Source: Octopus sinensis
Taxonomy: Eukaryota
Reading direction: 5' to 3'
Assembly: GCF_006345805.1 (NCBI RefSeq)
Contig: NC_042998.1
Location: 143,902,001 to 143,966,000, forward strand
DNA: 64,000 nucleotides
Part shown: one piece after another, positions 10,606-24,868 of the stretch
Position numbering within the stretch: the stretch's first letter is position 1
Layout: every line of letters starts with the position of its first letter
The notes under the pieces: generated by a model
What the model was told of the DNA's origin: nothing
The model's input: only the letters and a program-made list of their open reading frames with translations
Database searches by the model: none
Translations under genes and position numbers: made by a program

Positions 10606-12728
10606 CAGGTACACATTAATACTCTTCTGTACAGGAGCTGTGTCATCTCTCATCAATGTACTCAGTGCAAAATATTTTGTTTTGACTTCACATGGAATCA
10701 GCTCCACCTACAATTTCATCTTTGACATGTTTCTTTCTGAGTCGAGCCACCACTACATATTCAGTGCACTTTAGCCACACACAACAAATGAAGGACAGGA
10801 GACATCAAACCAGACACAGAAAAAACAGCAGTTGACCAGAGCTCTGTGACAACACAGAAACAATGGACAGACAGCAGCAGCAACCCAGAATAACCGGCTA
10901 GCATTTTGATAGCTACTGCTACTACTCCAGTAACCTCCGAACTATCTCATAGTTTTGTTTGTAGTAATGACAGCATTTTTTGGTTTACAGTAAGAATAAA
11001 TATTTATTTATCAAAACTCTCAAACTGATTTCTGTGTTCTTTATTGCAATAAATGTATAATTTTGGTTTGTTACAGTTATAAGTTTATACACAAATATAT
11101 TTGAGGGGTATAATAAATTGAATTGCTCTCTCAGCAATAATATAAAGGTACTTATTTAATGGAAACCATAAGGTTCTAAGAACACATCAGCATTAATTTA
11201 GAAAATGTAACTAAATACCATTTCTGTCTTTTACCATCTCTTACACAATTTAATGAAATTTAACATGAACACAAGGCCACAAAATTGGTGGCAGAGATAG
11301 TTATACTGTTGACCTTCACAGGTAAATTTTTACTATTACACCTGTTCTCCCAAGTTGGGTGTATAATAGTAAAAATAAGCAATTGTTTGGACAAAAAATC
11401 TTTCACAATCATAATTTCTGTTTCCTGATACACAGAAATACTAAAAATTAAATGAACAACCACCCAATTGCTTGCCCCTTTCCCTTTTCCATGACGTAGT
11501 AATAGCTATTCCAAAAGTCCACCAACCAGAGTTTGGAGACAGAAGTAATAGTAGAATTTTTTCCCTTTGCATATTATTGGTACTCCCTTGATCCCAGGTA
11601 GATAAAAGGTAAAGTCTGTTTGACCAAGAAGGCAAAGGGATTTACTTAAATGCTATAATTCCTGTCACAATGTGTCAGACACACTGCTAAGCCTCAATTT
11701 TTCTGGTTCTTTATGTTTTGAGTTCAAATTCCACCTAGATCTATTTTATTTTTCATCCTTTCAGTGTTGATAAAATAAAGTACCAGTCAAGTCATGAGAT
11801 CAATGGTATTGACTAATTCTTTCCCCTCTAAAATTGCTAGCCCTGTGTCAAAATTAGAAACTATTGTTCTAGTCAGCTTTAACAAATGTTTCCTTTCATT
11901 TGTGTTGTTCATATTTGGAATACAGGTTTTTCCAGAATGATCTTTTGTTACACAAATTTTGATTTGTTTTGTAATAAAGAAAATCTTCGTAAGACAAGTT
12001 TTTGTTTTATATCATTTTATTTACTAAGAAAAAAATTCTTTTTAGTTTTTGTTTGAGTTTATTCTTAATGGCGCTAAATAAGAGAGGCAGTGTCTCCTCA
12101 TGCAAGAATAAACCTAATATTTCTGCCTTTGCCAAACAAAATACTAACAGGCCTCAACTGCCAAAGTTCTCTCTTGTCAAAACTAGAACATTTTGCATTT
12201 TCAGACAAAAAAAATTGTTTCGGACATTGTGCAACATTTCATAGCAACAACAATGATGCACAACCACAGAAATATCACCATCAATACAAGAAGTTTGTTT
12301 TGCCCAGGCTGCCATCAATATTGAAACACTGGATACGACAAAGGAAACCTCCAAAACTGTTTTTGTTTTCCCTTTTTTTTTTCTTCCACATAACTTAACT
12401 TTGTAAACAAACAATCTGTTGCATTTATTTTAATGGCCTATCAATATATACAGTGAGTTTCTTTGCCCTAGCTGCCAGGAAGACACCCATAAAGAAATGG
12501 AATTAAAACCGAAAGAAGAACTCATAATAATAATAATAATAATTACAATTTTAGCTATTTTCGTTCAAGTAAAGTCAATCCCTGTTTTATTGACTTCTAT
12601 GAGGCAAAGCTAACCACAGGAGATTTGATATCAAAGAGCCAAAACATATATAACTAAATGCTTTTGTATATGAATATGTATATAAATATAAATTTTGTGT
12701 GTGTGTGTGTATTTATGTATATGTATAT

Positions 12729-12764
<36 letters not shown>

Positions 12765-13635
12765 TGTGTGTGTGTATGTATGTGTGTGCTCACATGCATG
12801 AGTACATATGTGTGTATACCCACACAGAGGAAGAGGGACAAACAAAGAGGAGACAAGCCAGCCATATTGGAAAAGAATTAATGAGTGATGTTGCATGTCT
12901 GGCATATTTACATGTATTTTGGCAAGAAATGTTTGATGTAACAGAGGGAGAGGATCTGCTAAAAACACATCGCAGTTGTAATAGAATGGTGTATTTTATT
13001 GTTCTGTTTTTTATTTAACTATTTTTTGGTTCTTGCCTGCAAATATGAAATAACGAAACTGAGCTAAAAATAGATCTAACCTGAAAGAAAGAAATTAAAC
13101 AAAGCACTTGCCAGAATTTTAAAATGTTTCCTATTCCCTTTATCGTTATCTTTGTTGTTAATGTTATGTTATATAGCCCAGGACATTCTTGCTTTGAGTA
13201 GATTTAGGAGCAAAGACTTGCCTGTCATGATCATCCTATCTTTATTCTGATATAATGTACTGAAGGGACAAGTTAAATACTTTTGTCACTATGCTTAAAA
13301 TTTTGCCAAATCTACCAATTGCAAACCAAAAGAAAAAATACTTGAAACACAATATGGTGTATGTATAATAGAAGAATTAGCATATTGGAGAATGCAATAA
13401 ACACTGACATCAAAGAACATTTATTTGTTGACCAAACTTAAGTTCCAAAATAGTAACACAAAGGCTGACTAAAGAAAGACAAGCATGTATCCTTGCAGTG
13501 AAATATTGGCTAAACAAAGGACATAACAGGTATTTTTTCTTTTTATAATTGTGTCTACAAGAAAGAGGCATTGTCCATGATCTTTGCAGACCCACATAGA
13601 ATAGTCATTTAATGCCATTGATGTTCTGTTTAAAT

Positions 13636-13972
13636 CAGTGGTTCTCAGCTGGGATCCATATGGCCCCTGAGGGTCCATGTAAGATTTGGGGGCAGGGTCC
13701 ATGTAACAAAATAGTAAATTGGAGATCCACAATAGTATTTTAAGAGTCCCTGAACAAAACTTTGGCTTTAGATATATGTATTGCAAGAAACAGCAAAGTT
13801 TCTTTCTCTGACGTTTTACATAGTTCAACCTACACAAGTTAATGTGTGAAAAAGAAAGGAGTTTTGAAAGAAGTTTCTATAAAACTAGTTTTTAAACATC
13901 GAATGGCTATGGAGGTCCACCAGAACAAAATAATCAAAGGAGTCCGTAAATAAAAATGGGTGAGAACCCCTG
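13636..13972. mobile_element. hAT-superfamily (Charlie-like) MITE
   Basis: TIRs CAGTGGTTCTCA / TGAGAACCCCTG; 8-bp TSD GTTTAAAT / GTTTAAAC. Confidence 0.9.
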
Positions 13973-15774
13973 GTTTAAACTGTTTGAAGGGTAACACTTG
14001 TGACAAAGATGGGAGTAAATAAATTATTGTAATTTGTGGGAGTAGTGATAGATTGTTACTTGTTTCAGTTTTAAGTTTTAGTTGAGGGAAGGGGACTCTG
14101 AAATTTACTTTTGTCTAACCACAAAGTCTTTCTATTTGTTAAACTTAGTTGACATTAATATTCTGTGTTTATTAGGGCTGTGAGCTGGCAGAATCATTAG
14201 TATGCTGGGCAAAATGCTTAGTGGCATTTTGTCTGTCTTTACATTCTGAATTCAAGTTCTGCTGAGGCCTTTTAGGGTTGATAAAATACATACAAGTTGA
14301 GCACAGGGGTCAATGAAATCAACTTAATCCCTCCCCTGAACTTGCTGGCCTTGTGCCAAAATTGGAAACTAATATTTTGTGTTGATTTAGGTGGGCTTCA
14401 GGATCTCTAAGAGAAATTTGGCTAGGTGGAGCAAAATTGCTTTGGGAACCCAGAAGGGGCATATCCTCTCAAAATTCGATGGGCAGATCGCAGAGACAAT
14501 TTTTTTTTTGAAATCCAAATAATGTCGTCACCCACTCCTATCCTCATCCTATCCTCGTCCTTTTCCTCTTCTCCCCTCTCCTCCTCAGGAAAAGAGGAAG
14601 AACTGTTGGATTTAAAAACAAATTGTTTGCCCAGAAATTGAACCCCACAAGTCCCCACCTGAATAGATTCAAACTACCAATGTTCACCTACTTTTACAAA
14701 TCAACAAATAATGCAGTTATGATTGCATATAGCATCTCTGTGGTTTATTTTCTTGAAAACCATCTAAATTATTCCCACTAATTACACACAGTACAAGCTA
14801 TTAACCTAATTTTTACATCAAGAATAAATCTGATTTAATTTCTCATATAATACAACACTATGGATTCATTGGATCTACTAGAAATGGTAGCCAAATTTTC
14901 CCAACTTTTTTTTTAAGTACACCTTCAAAAATGTCTTGAAAAAGAGTTGGGATGGATTTGATTATAGACCTGCTTGATCTGAGCTAAGCTGGAGTTATAT
15001 TCTATGAGAAAACAGAAAAGCAAAATAGGTATTTTGTTAATCTGTTATTCGGTGATAATGAGAGAATAGTGGAATAAGTAATAAGTTAATCCTTTTGTTA
15101 TCATATTTCTATTGAAATATAATGCCTTCATTTCTGTTAATTTTGAAAATAATAAAGAATTCAGGAATATAACATTGTTAATATTAAGCTGGTGTTTGGA
15201 ACATAAATTACCATGAAATTTTCATGGAATATTTTAATTTAGATCATTTTAAACAGAAAGTTTGTATAAGAGAACCAGAGTGGGGGTCTTGGGTTGGATG
15301 GTATCAAAAGGGTGAATCTAATATATTCTGTAATGTTACTGAATGGCAGAACAAGTAGTATGTTAATCTATAGACACAGGTATGGTGGCATGGTAAAGAA
15401 GTTTTCTTCTCAATTACATGATTTCAGGTTAAGTCATGTGACACCTTGGATAAGTGTCTTCTACAATATCCCTGGGCCAATCAAAACCTTGTGTTTGGAT
15501 TTGATTGACAGAAACTGAAAGGAAGTTGTCAATACTATTTTCTCCTCAAATGAGGGGTCTTGCAAGTTATTTGGTGACCTTACAGCTATTATTGCCATGT
15601 AAAGAGCACCCAGTACTCTCTGTAAAGTGTTTGCCATTAGGAAGGGCTTCTAGCCATAGAAACCATGCCAAAGCAGACGACAGAGCTTGATGCAGTCTTC
15701 TGATTTGCCAGTTCCTGTCTAACTGCCCAACTCATGGAAACCAGATATTAAATAAAAACATATGTTTGTGTGTG

Positions 15775-15889
<115 letters not shown>

Positions 15890-16705
15890 TGTATCTGTGT
15901 GTGTGAATGTTTGTGTCTCCATGTCTTGACATTGTATGAAAGTTGTAAATGAGTGTCACTGTCATACAAGTAATGTCATCCATTATGAAAACCTATCTGA
16001 TCATAGGGAAATAATAATTACCTTGCTTGGAAACAGATGAGCCATACAAATATCTTTAAACATTAAAATGATGATGATGTCTCTTTCATAATACCATAGA
16101 ATAATAGAATAACTAATATGTTAATCTGATATTCTGTGATATCACAGAGTATAGGCTTTACATATGATCAAGCTGTAGTATTTGAAGGACAAAGACTGAG
16201 ATAAAGAACCAAGGTCATCTAAGATGTTGCAGCGACTCAGGAGGCCTGTGTAATTTTAATTATTAATTTATCTACAAATCATTTTGGCATTGAAAATAAA
16301 GTTTCTCTTCTCATAGGCTATTAAATGAAACCATTATTTGGTTACTGCTTGGTGGCCTTGTTCCAATGTAAGAAATTAATATTTTGGTACCTCTCTTAAA
16401 GTTTGGCACCTGAGCTAAGTGAGTTATTGGCCTCCTACTGGTCCTGCAAGTGGTAATTTTGTTTCAGGATGTTGTCGGAGATGGTGGAGGTGAGAGTATC
16501 AGATAGTAAAAAAAAAAAGAAAACAAAGCTTCCTTGTAAATATTCATCGTCTTGGCTAATAAATATTGATCTCTATTGCTTTGTGTTTACAAATAAAGAA
16601 TTGGGGAAATGGTGGGGTTGTATCACTGATATTGTTCCATCCTCAGTTTATCACAGTTATTTTTACACCTTGAATGTATGTTGAGGCATTCATTTGTTTG
16701 TTCAA

Positions 16706-16926
16706 CCCTTTTAGCATTCACATTACTCTGTCTAATACAATGCTTATTTATTCACTCTGTTTAGAATTACTCATGCATTATCTTTTTGCATTGAGATTTT
16801 GATGATGTGCTTGTTTACATTTAGTACAGCATTGTAGGGTAGGTGTGAGAGGCTGAATATGGCCAGTTTGAACATAAAGCAGGTAGGATATTTGGGCTAG
16901 ATATCACCAGTTTAAATGCTGAAAGG
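16706..16926. mobile_element. piggyBac-type MITE; partial second copy at ~18590-18730
   Basis: Ends CCCTTTTAGCATT / AATGCTGAAAGG with decayed TTAA TSDs (TCAA/CTAA); the second copy ends aatgctagagggTTAA. Confidence 0.7.
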
Positions 16927-18412
16927 CTAACATCCATTTTCCATGCTGGCATTGGTTGGATACTAAGACATTGCTTTACAGCATGGCTGTGTGGTTAAGA
17001 AGTTAGCTTAAGAAGTTAGCTCAACTACACTAGTTTCAGTCAGTTATTTAAAACTTAGGATTTATATTTACATTGCTATTAAGAAACACAAACAGCCTTG
17101 TTTCAAACAGATATAATGACAGATATAGACATACATATAGACATACATACAAATAGAGATATATATACAATATAGATATATATACAAATATAGACAGATA
17201 TAGACATACATACAAATGCTAACACACACACACAGAGGTAATATGGGCACATTCATGGCTGTGTGTTTTGGAAGTTCACTTCCCGATCACAGGGTTTCGG
17301 GTTCAGTCCCACTGTGTAGTACTTTCAGCATGTTTCTTCTCGAGCCAACCAAAGCTGTGTGAGTAGATTTGGTTGACAGAAACTGAAGGAAGCCTACTGT
17401 ATTTGTGTGCTTGTGTCTCCTTGTTTTAACTTTGAATGATAGTTCAAAATAATTGTTAATGTTATACAAGCAGTATCCATCGTTTGCAGTCTTCTGAGGA
17501 AATATGTCAAGCCATGAGAAAGTACTTGCTTGGAAATAGGTTAAGGTATTGGTGTGTTTACATCCCTGTAACTTAGGGTTCAGCCAAAAATGATTGATAG
17601 AATAAGTGCCAGACTTAAAAAAAAAGTACTGGGTTGGTTCATTTGACTAAAAATATTCTTCAAGGCAGTGCCCCAGCATGGCTGCAGTCTAATGAAACAA
17701 GTAAAAGATAAAACATATAAAGATTGCCAGCAAATTAGTTCTAAATTACTTTGTTGATAATTCAATATGATATTCAAAAGTATTCTTACTTTTTGAAAAT
17801 CAAAATTTTTAAAAACTTTTGAGAGAACATGAAATAATTCATTTTTGGAATACCTTCAAGCTCACACATAAAGCTATAAATAATAGCATCTAAATATGTA
17901 GTTGATAAATCCTTTTGAACAGACAATGTCCTGTGAGCTGCTTTCAACATTTTCTATCCAAAATGGTTTTACAACCCAGTATTTATATGCTATTATTTAC
18001 AGCTTCATAATATCCCAGAAAAGAATTATTTCAGAATTTTAAATAAGAACATTGCCCTGGTTTGTAAAAAAATAAAATAGTAGCTGGAGTCCTGAAAAGT
18101 ATTGTAATGTCTTACTTATAGCTTAATCTATCTACTCTGGTCAGCTTTTAAATTATATATTCTTAGTGTATATATAGAACTCTATTGTCTACCTCTTTTG
18201 TGCTATAAAGAGGTAGTATGTGATATGAGGAAGATTTGGCTGGTATTTCTAGCTAGTTAAGTGATTACAAAGAATTTCCTTCATTGTTCAGTCTAGAAGT
18301 AAGCAATCAACAGATGTTCATTATTTTGTAGCACTGGGCTAACACTGAAGGCATGAAGTAATTGCAAAGAGAGTTATGTCCTTTGACCAACCAAAGAGAG
18401 AAGGAGAGGAAC

Positions 18413-18511
<99 letters not shown>

Positions 18512-18875
18512 ATATGGTTGTTAAACTTAATAGAAATAGCAGCATGCTTTTTTATCCATGTTGTTTTGACTTAATCATTCATTATCTTGTAGCGTTGAGA
18601 TTTCAGTGATGTGATTGTTTATTTCTAGATTGACATTATAGATTAGGTGTGAAGGCCACATATGGCCAATTTGAACATAAAATAGGTAGAATATTTGGGC
18701 CAGATATGGTCAGTTTCAATGCTAGAGGGTTAAATCATAGCCTACTATCTTAAGTAACAAAAGAACACTTTAGTTAATGTAGCTCCATACAACCCTAAAA
18801 GAGGGTGCTAACAGCTGGAATACATTTAATCCAAGATCAACTTGATTAGAGTTAATTTGGGGCTAAAGAACAACA

Positions 18876-18917
18876 GTCTGTGATGCCTTGTCTGTGATGC
18901 CTTGTCTGTGATGCCCT
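18876..18917. repeat. 14-bp tandem repeat x3 (GTCTGTGATGCCTT)
   Basis: Direct inspection. Confidence 0.9.
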
Positions 18918-20139
18918 GTTCCTTTATCCAAAAGAAACGGTTTCTAATTACTTAATGCTATGAATATTGGCAGAACCATTAATACTTCTGACAAAATGCT
19001 TTGCAGTATTTACTTACTATGCTATACATTCTCAGTTCAAATCATGTGACTTTGCCTTTCATCCTTCCAAATAATGTACCCATCAACTCCTGGGATTGAT
19101 ATAATTAACTATACTTCTCTCTCCCACCAAAACTTTGGAGCCCTGTGCCTATATTGGAAATATAGCTGATTAGAATACATTCTGGAAAACAGGGTGTGAA
19201 GTATGGTAGTTGTTTTGGATAATTTAGTCAATAATAATCCTATCATAAGCACAAGGCCTGAAATTTTTGTGGCAGGGTCTAGTTAATTACATTGACTCCA
19301 GTTCTCAACTGGTACATTTTTTTTCAGCCCTGAAAGAGATGAAAGGCAAAGTTGACTTTGGCAGGATTTGAACTCAGAACATAAAGATGGATGAAATACC
19401 ATGAAGCATTTTATCCAGTGTGCAAATGATTTTGCCAACTCACTACCTTATATTTAGACAGTAATAATAAAAAAGGAAAACTAAAAACGTTTCTGTTTAT
19501 TTATTTATTTAAATTGGTACTGATATCTATTTGGCAGTAGAAGAAAAATACCTTAGAACAACAGATTGATTCTTTCAGAAAGTAGTGGTGAGTAGCAATG
19601 AAGTTGATTTCTTGCTGTTCAGTCTCAAGTCAGTTCCAGTTCAACAGTCCAATAGTCAAAAGTGTTCCAACCATGACTATACCCTTTTTTTTTTTCATGT
19701 ATAATGTCCAGAATTTTTTTCTAATTAATAGTTTCCTTTTGTTTTATTTCAAGATAGTAGGCTGTAATTGGAGAGTGGTTTTAGTTGCTGTTTCTAGCAG
19801 GTCAAGGGATCACTTTGAGATGCTTTCGTTAACTAGTTTGGTTAATATTGTAGATGCTTGTGCTGACAATGATAATGGTTTCAAATTTTGGCACAAGGCC
19901 AGCAATTCTGGGGGAGGGATAAGTTAATTACATCAACCCAAGTGCTCAACTGATCAACCAAAGCGCTCAACATCAATCCAAGCACTCAACATCAGCACAA
20001 GTGCTCGAAGGGATGAAAAGCAAAGTCAACTCTGAACATAAAGATGGACAAAATGCTGCTAAGTATTTTGCCCAGTGTGCTAGCAATTCAGCCAGCTCAT
20101 TGCCTTAATGCTGACAATGATAATGGTAATCATGATGAT

Positions 20140-20530
20140 GACAGAACATTGGACTGTGGCCATACTGGGGTACTGCCTTGAAGGGTTTAATTGAACAAAT
20201 TGACCCCAATATTTACTTTTTAAAGTCTGATATTTATTCTACTGGTCTCTGTTATTGAACAACTAAGTTATGAGGACACAAACAAACTAACACTGATTGT
20301 CAAGCAGAGGTGGGTGTGGGTAAATATAGATACACAAACACACATGCACACACACACTCACACGTTTATATGATGGGCTTCCACACAGTTTCTATCTACC
20401 AAATTCATTTACAAAGTATTGGTTGGTCTGGGGCAATAAAAGGATGCTTGCCCAAGGTGCTGTGCAGTGAGACTGAACCTGAAACCATATAGTTGCAACG
20501 CCAGTTTCTTAATCACACAGCTACCCATAT
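20140..20530 (-). mobile_element. CORE-type SINE, full length
   Basis: Tail, central CA tract and head all present. Confidence 0.8.
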
Positions 20531-20789
20531 GCCTTGCTAAATTTAATAACCATCATTTAATATCCTCCTTCTATGCTGGTATGGATTGGATGGTTTGATA
20601 GGAACTGGCAAGTCATAAGACTATGCCAGACTCTAGTGTCTGCTTTAACATAGTTTCTACAGCTGGATACCCTTCCTAATGCCAACCACTTTACAGAGTG
20701 TACTGGGTGCTTTTTATGTGGCACCAACAGCAGTGAGGTCACCAAATAATTAGCAAGACAAGACACCTACCTCAACTGGGTACACTGTG

Positions 20790-21240
20790 GAATTTCTACC
20801 TACACCTTTGCTACATATTGAGCAGGGATATTTCTCTGAAGGGATTAGTCATTTTTCTGCTTTCCTGTTTACTTGTACTTTGGTCTTTGCTAAATTAACT
20901 CTAAGGCCCTAGGAAGATAGCATCAGCAGTGCTTCTCCCTGGCACAAAAAATTCCATCTCATCTAGGTTAACTCTCTATTTAATTGGGCTATGACCCTTT
21001 CTGGTCCAGCAATTTGATATCTTTGCTATTAGTTCCTTCTAAGACATCTTCTTTACCTTTGTCACAATTGTCTATGATGTTGCTACTCTAGTTGTTGGGT
21101 ATGACTCCTTTCAGGATGACCCGATTAGCTATATGAGTGATTATGCAATATCCCACTCTGCCAGAGACTTTAAGCAGTTTGGCAGCTGATCCCTCTGTTG
21201 GCTCCACATTAGGAAGACTCTCTTTTTTTCATACATTCGC
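20790..21240 (-). mobile_element. Decayed RTE RT fragments
   Basis: Homologous to 3560-3610 and 4180-4420 (ttaactctaaggcc; ttgggtatgactcc; ccctctgttgg). Confidence 0.75.
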
Positions 21241-21284
21241 CACATAATTACAGGTCTATTATTTGATAACATATACATTTATAT

Positions 21285-21715
21285 ATAGGCACAGGCGTGG
21301 CTGTGTGGTAAGGAGCTTGTTTCCCTACCACATGGCTTAAGATTCAATCCTACTACACAGCACCTTGAGCAAGTGTCTTCTACTATAGCCTCAGGCCGAC
21401 CAAAGTCTTGTGAGTGGATTTGGTAGATGGAAACTGAAAGAAGTTCATCATATAGATGTATATATATATATACATATCTATGTGTATGATTCTTTGTGTC
21501 TTTGTTTTATCCCCCACCCCCACACCACTTGACAATTGGTGCTGGTGGGTTTATGTCCCCGTAACTTAGTGGTATTCAGCAAAAGAGATCAATAGAATAA
21601 GTATCAGACTTTAAAAAATAAGTACTGGGGGCCAATACATTTGACTAAAATTTCTTCAAGACGGTGCCCCAACATGGCCACTGCCTAATGACTGAAAGAA
21701 GTAAAAGATAAAAGA
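21285..21715 (+). mobile_element. CORE-type SINE, full length
   Basis: ggcgtggctgtgtggtaag head, caccttgagcaagtg core, gtaaaagataaaagat tail. Confidence 0.88.
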
Positions 21716-21717
21716 TA

Positions 21718-21761
<44 letters not shown>

Positions 21762-21826
21762 TGAACTATTTGGTAAAATTATTAATTATTAATTAATTAA
21801 TTTTACCCTTTATTATATATATATAT

Positions 21827-22353
21827 ACTTGTGAAGACCTGTTGAGGCAAGTGAAAACCAAAACAAATCAAAATAGATGAACATCAATGGAATTTGTATC
21901 TTTGTGGTACCAGTGTCGGTGGCACGTGGAACGCAAGAAAACCATCCGAACGTGGCCGTAGCCAGTACCGCATCGACTGGCCTCCGTGCTGTGGGCACGT
22001 AACAAACACCATCCGATCGTGGCCGTTTGCCAGCCTCATCTGGCACCTGTGTCGGTGGCACATAAAAACACCATCCGAGCGTGGCCGTCTGCCAGCCTCG
22101 TCTGGCACCTGTGTCGGTGGCACATAAAAAACACCATCCGAGCGTGGCCGTTTGCCAGCCTCGTCTGGCACCTGTGTCGGTGGCACATAAAATCACCCAC
22201 TACACTCTCGGAGTGGTTGGCGTTAGGAAGGGCATCCAGCTGTAGAAACACTGCTAGATCTGACTGGACTGGTGCAGCTTTCGGGCTCCCCAGACCCCAG
22301 TTGAACCGTCCAACCCATGCTAGCATGGAAAGCGGACGTTAAATGATGATGAT
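21827..22353 (+). mobile_element. 5'-truncated RTE copy (3' UTR only) inserted in (TA)n
   Basis: Reverse-complement homologue of 1958-2600, including the internal tandem array and (ATG)n tail. Confidence 0.9.
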
Positions 22354-22869
22354 ATATATATATGTGTGTGTGTACGTATGTATGTATATATATATATGCA
22401 CATACATTCAGGGGCAACAGGTTTCTTTCAGTTTCCATCCACCAAATCCACTCATTAGGTATTGGTTAGCCTGGAGCTGTTACAGAAGACACCTATCCTA
22501 GGTGCTGTGTAGTGGGACTGAGTCCAAATCTATATGCTTGGAAAGCAAACTTCTCAACCACACGGACATGCCTGTGGGTCTTCAGATAATATTTTTGGTT
22601 CTGTTTATAATCTGTAAATGGATTTTTCACACATTTAAAATGTTGAAAAAGAAACATTGTAAGGTATATCAGCACATTCACAGGGTGGATTGGCAAAGAG
22701 ACTTTTAAGGGCGATACATTGACAAGACAATCATGAGACAGACAGACAGACAGACAGACAGACTGTGGAAATAGATATGATTAATTCTGAATACCAAAGC
22801 AATATAGGTTCTGGAGAATATTTTAATTTAATTTGTTTTTTTGGACATGGTATTCTGAATATATAGAAG

Positions 22870-24544
22870 GATAAGGAGAGAAATGGGGAAATGAGGGGAG
22901 GGAGAAAGAGAGGGAGAAAGAGGGAGAGAGAGAGAGAGTATGGGGGGTGGGGAGAAAGAGCTGAGAATGGTGAGAGATGCTGCGTGAGAGTGGGGAGAAA
23001 GAAAGAGCCAAAAGAATTGTGAGAGATGGTATGAGAAAGAGGGGGAAGCAAGGGAAAGGAGAGAGATGGAGCGAGGGAAGGGGAGGGAAGAAAGGGCAGA
23101 GGATGGAGAGAGAGAGACAACAGACAGTGTGAGAGGGGAAGAAAAAGACAAGAGGACGGGGAGAGATGGAGTGAGTGGGAGAGACAAGAGGATGCAGGAG
23201 GAGGAGAGGGAAAACAAGGTGAGGAGAGATGAAATGAGAGAAGTAGTGGTGGGGGGAAGAAATGATGGAAGATGAGAGGGAAAGAGAGTTCAAGGGAAAG
23301 AGGGATAGAAAGGAAGTGAGAGGGAAAATGAAAGAGAGAAACCAGAAAGAGACAGAGGTGAGAGGATGGGATGAGGAGCAACAATCAGGAACTTTCTCTG
23401 GTTATTAGAATTTACATTTATTCTGTGAAATGGCTACTGGTCCCTTTCTCTCTTTCTCTCTCTCTTTTTATGTACTTTTTTATTTGTTTCATCCATTTAC
23501 TCACTTTCACCCCTCCTTTTATACCTCTTTTTCCTTTTCTCTCACTATTTCTTACTGTATTTTTTCCTTTTTTTTTTTGTCACTCCATAATGTTCTTCAA
23601 CCTCTCCTCTAGTTGAGTCCTCACTCATTACATCTTCCACTCACACTCAAACAATTAACATTATATGGATTCAGGGTGTCTCTAAACTTGCTGCCACCTC
23701 CTTCGCCAACCAAAATCCACCTCGCAACCACCACCACCACCACCACCACCACCGCCATCACCATTATTGTCACTACCATCATTGCTGGCATCATCGCTGC
23801 CGCCGCTACCAGCACCACCGCCACCACCACTAATGCTGCCATGCTGGTTGTCATCGCTGAGCACCTCCACCAACCTCACCAGCCCCCATTACAAAATCGT
23901 CACCATCACCACTCACATGCAGACAGCTTTCTTGAAGTTTGATTGGCAAGGATTTAGGTCAAACCAATAAAAAACACAACAACAAATGCAGTAATAATGC
24001 TAGCCATGGAACAACAACAACAACAACAACAAGTGCAGCGATTCCATTATTTCACATTCATACATCAGTTCATAGTTTGTTGCTTAATCACCTGTACTCT
24101 ACATTTCTTCATATACACCCCCTCGTTGTATACACTGCACATATATACATGCACACATATAGTCATACACACACACACACATAGCTGTGTATGTGTTATG
24201 ATGTGTGACTGTATATATGAATGGTTATATCTGTGTATAAGAGTATATTTGCATATGTGAGCAATAGACACACACACACACACACATGCACACACACATG
24301 CACATGCACACATTCATTTTTTTTTTCTGTCTCATTGTCTTAGTTACATCTCCTTTTACATGTCCTGCTACCATAATCTGTGTGTGTGTGTGAGTCTCTC
24401 TCTCCGTCTCTGTCTCTCTCTCTCTGTCTCTCTTTCTCTCTCTCACTCTTTCTCTCTATACACACACATACATGCACACAATCTCACCTGCACATATATA
24501 TACAGAAAAATATATGCAGGTATGTATGTGGGTTTGTGCACACA

Positions 24545-24575
<31 letters not shown>

Positions 24576-24710
24576 CACATGCACGCACACATTTATCTAT
24601 ATGTACCCCACACTCTCCAGCCGGATACCTCATATCACCTCATGCGTCATACCACCTTGATTGCCTCCCTTTTACTCAGTGATACCAACCTATACATACT
24701 GTGTTGCATT

Positions 24711-24752
<42 letters not shown>

Positions 24753-24822
24753 CCTTCAAATGACACAAATCTTCCTTTCATAGAGCCTACTGTTTTATTC
24801 TCCCTCTTTTTCGTTCACCTGT

Positions 24823-24868
<46 letters not shown>

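Noticed and set aside
10657-10719. C-x2-C-x12-H-x3-H pattern (CTQCKIFCFDFTWNQLHLQFH)
   Set aside because: Conserved F and L are misplaced, there is no linker or second finger, and a stop follows two codons later.
16468-16489. 22-nt exon-like segment tttgtttcag|GATGTTGTCGGAGATGGTGGAG|gtgaga
   Set aside because: Good splice signals but not frame-preserving, with no partner exons; within chance expectation.
23613-23942. Thr/Ala/His-rich ORF (similarly the Pro/His-rich ORF at 42321-42845)
   Set aside because: (CAC)n low-complexity DNA, open in several frames on both strands, no splice signals.
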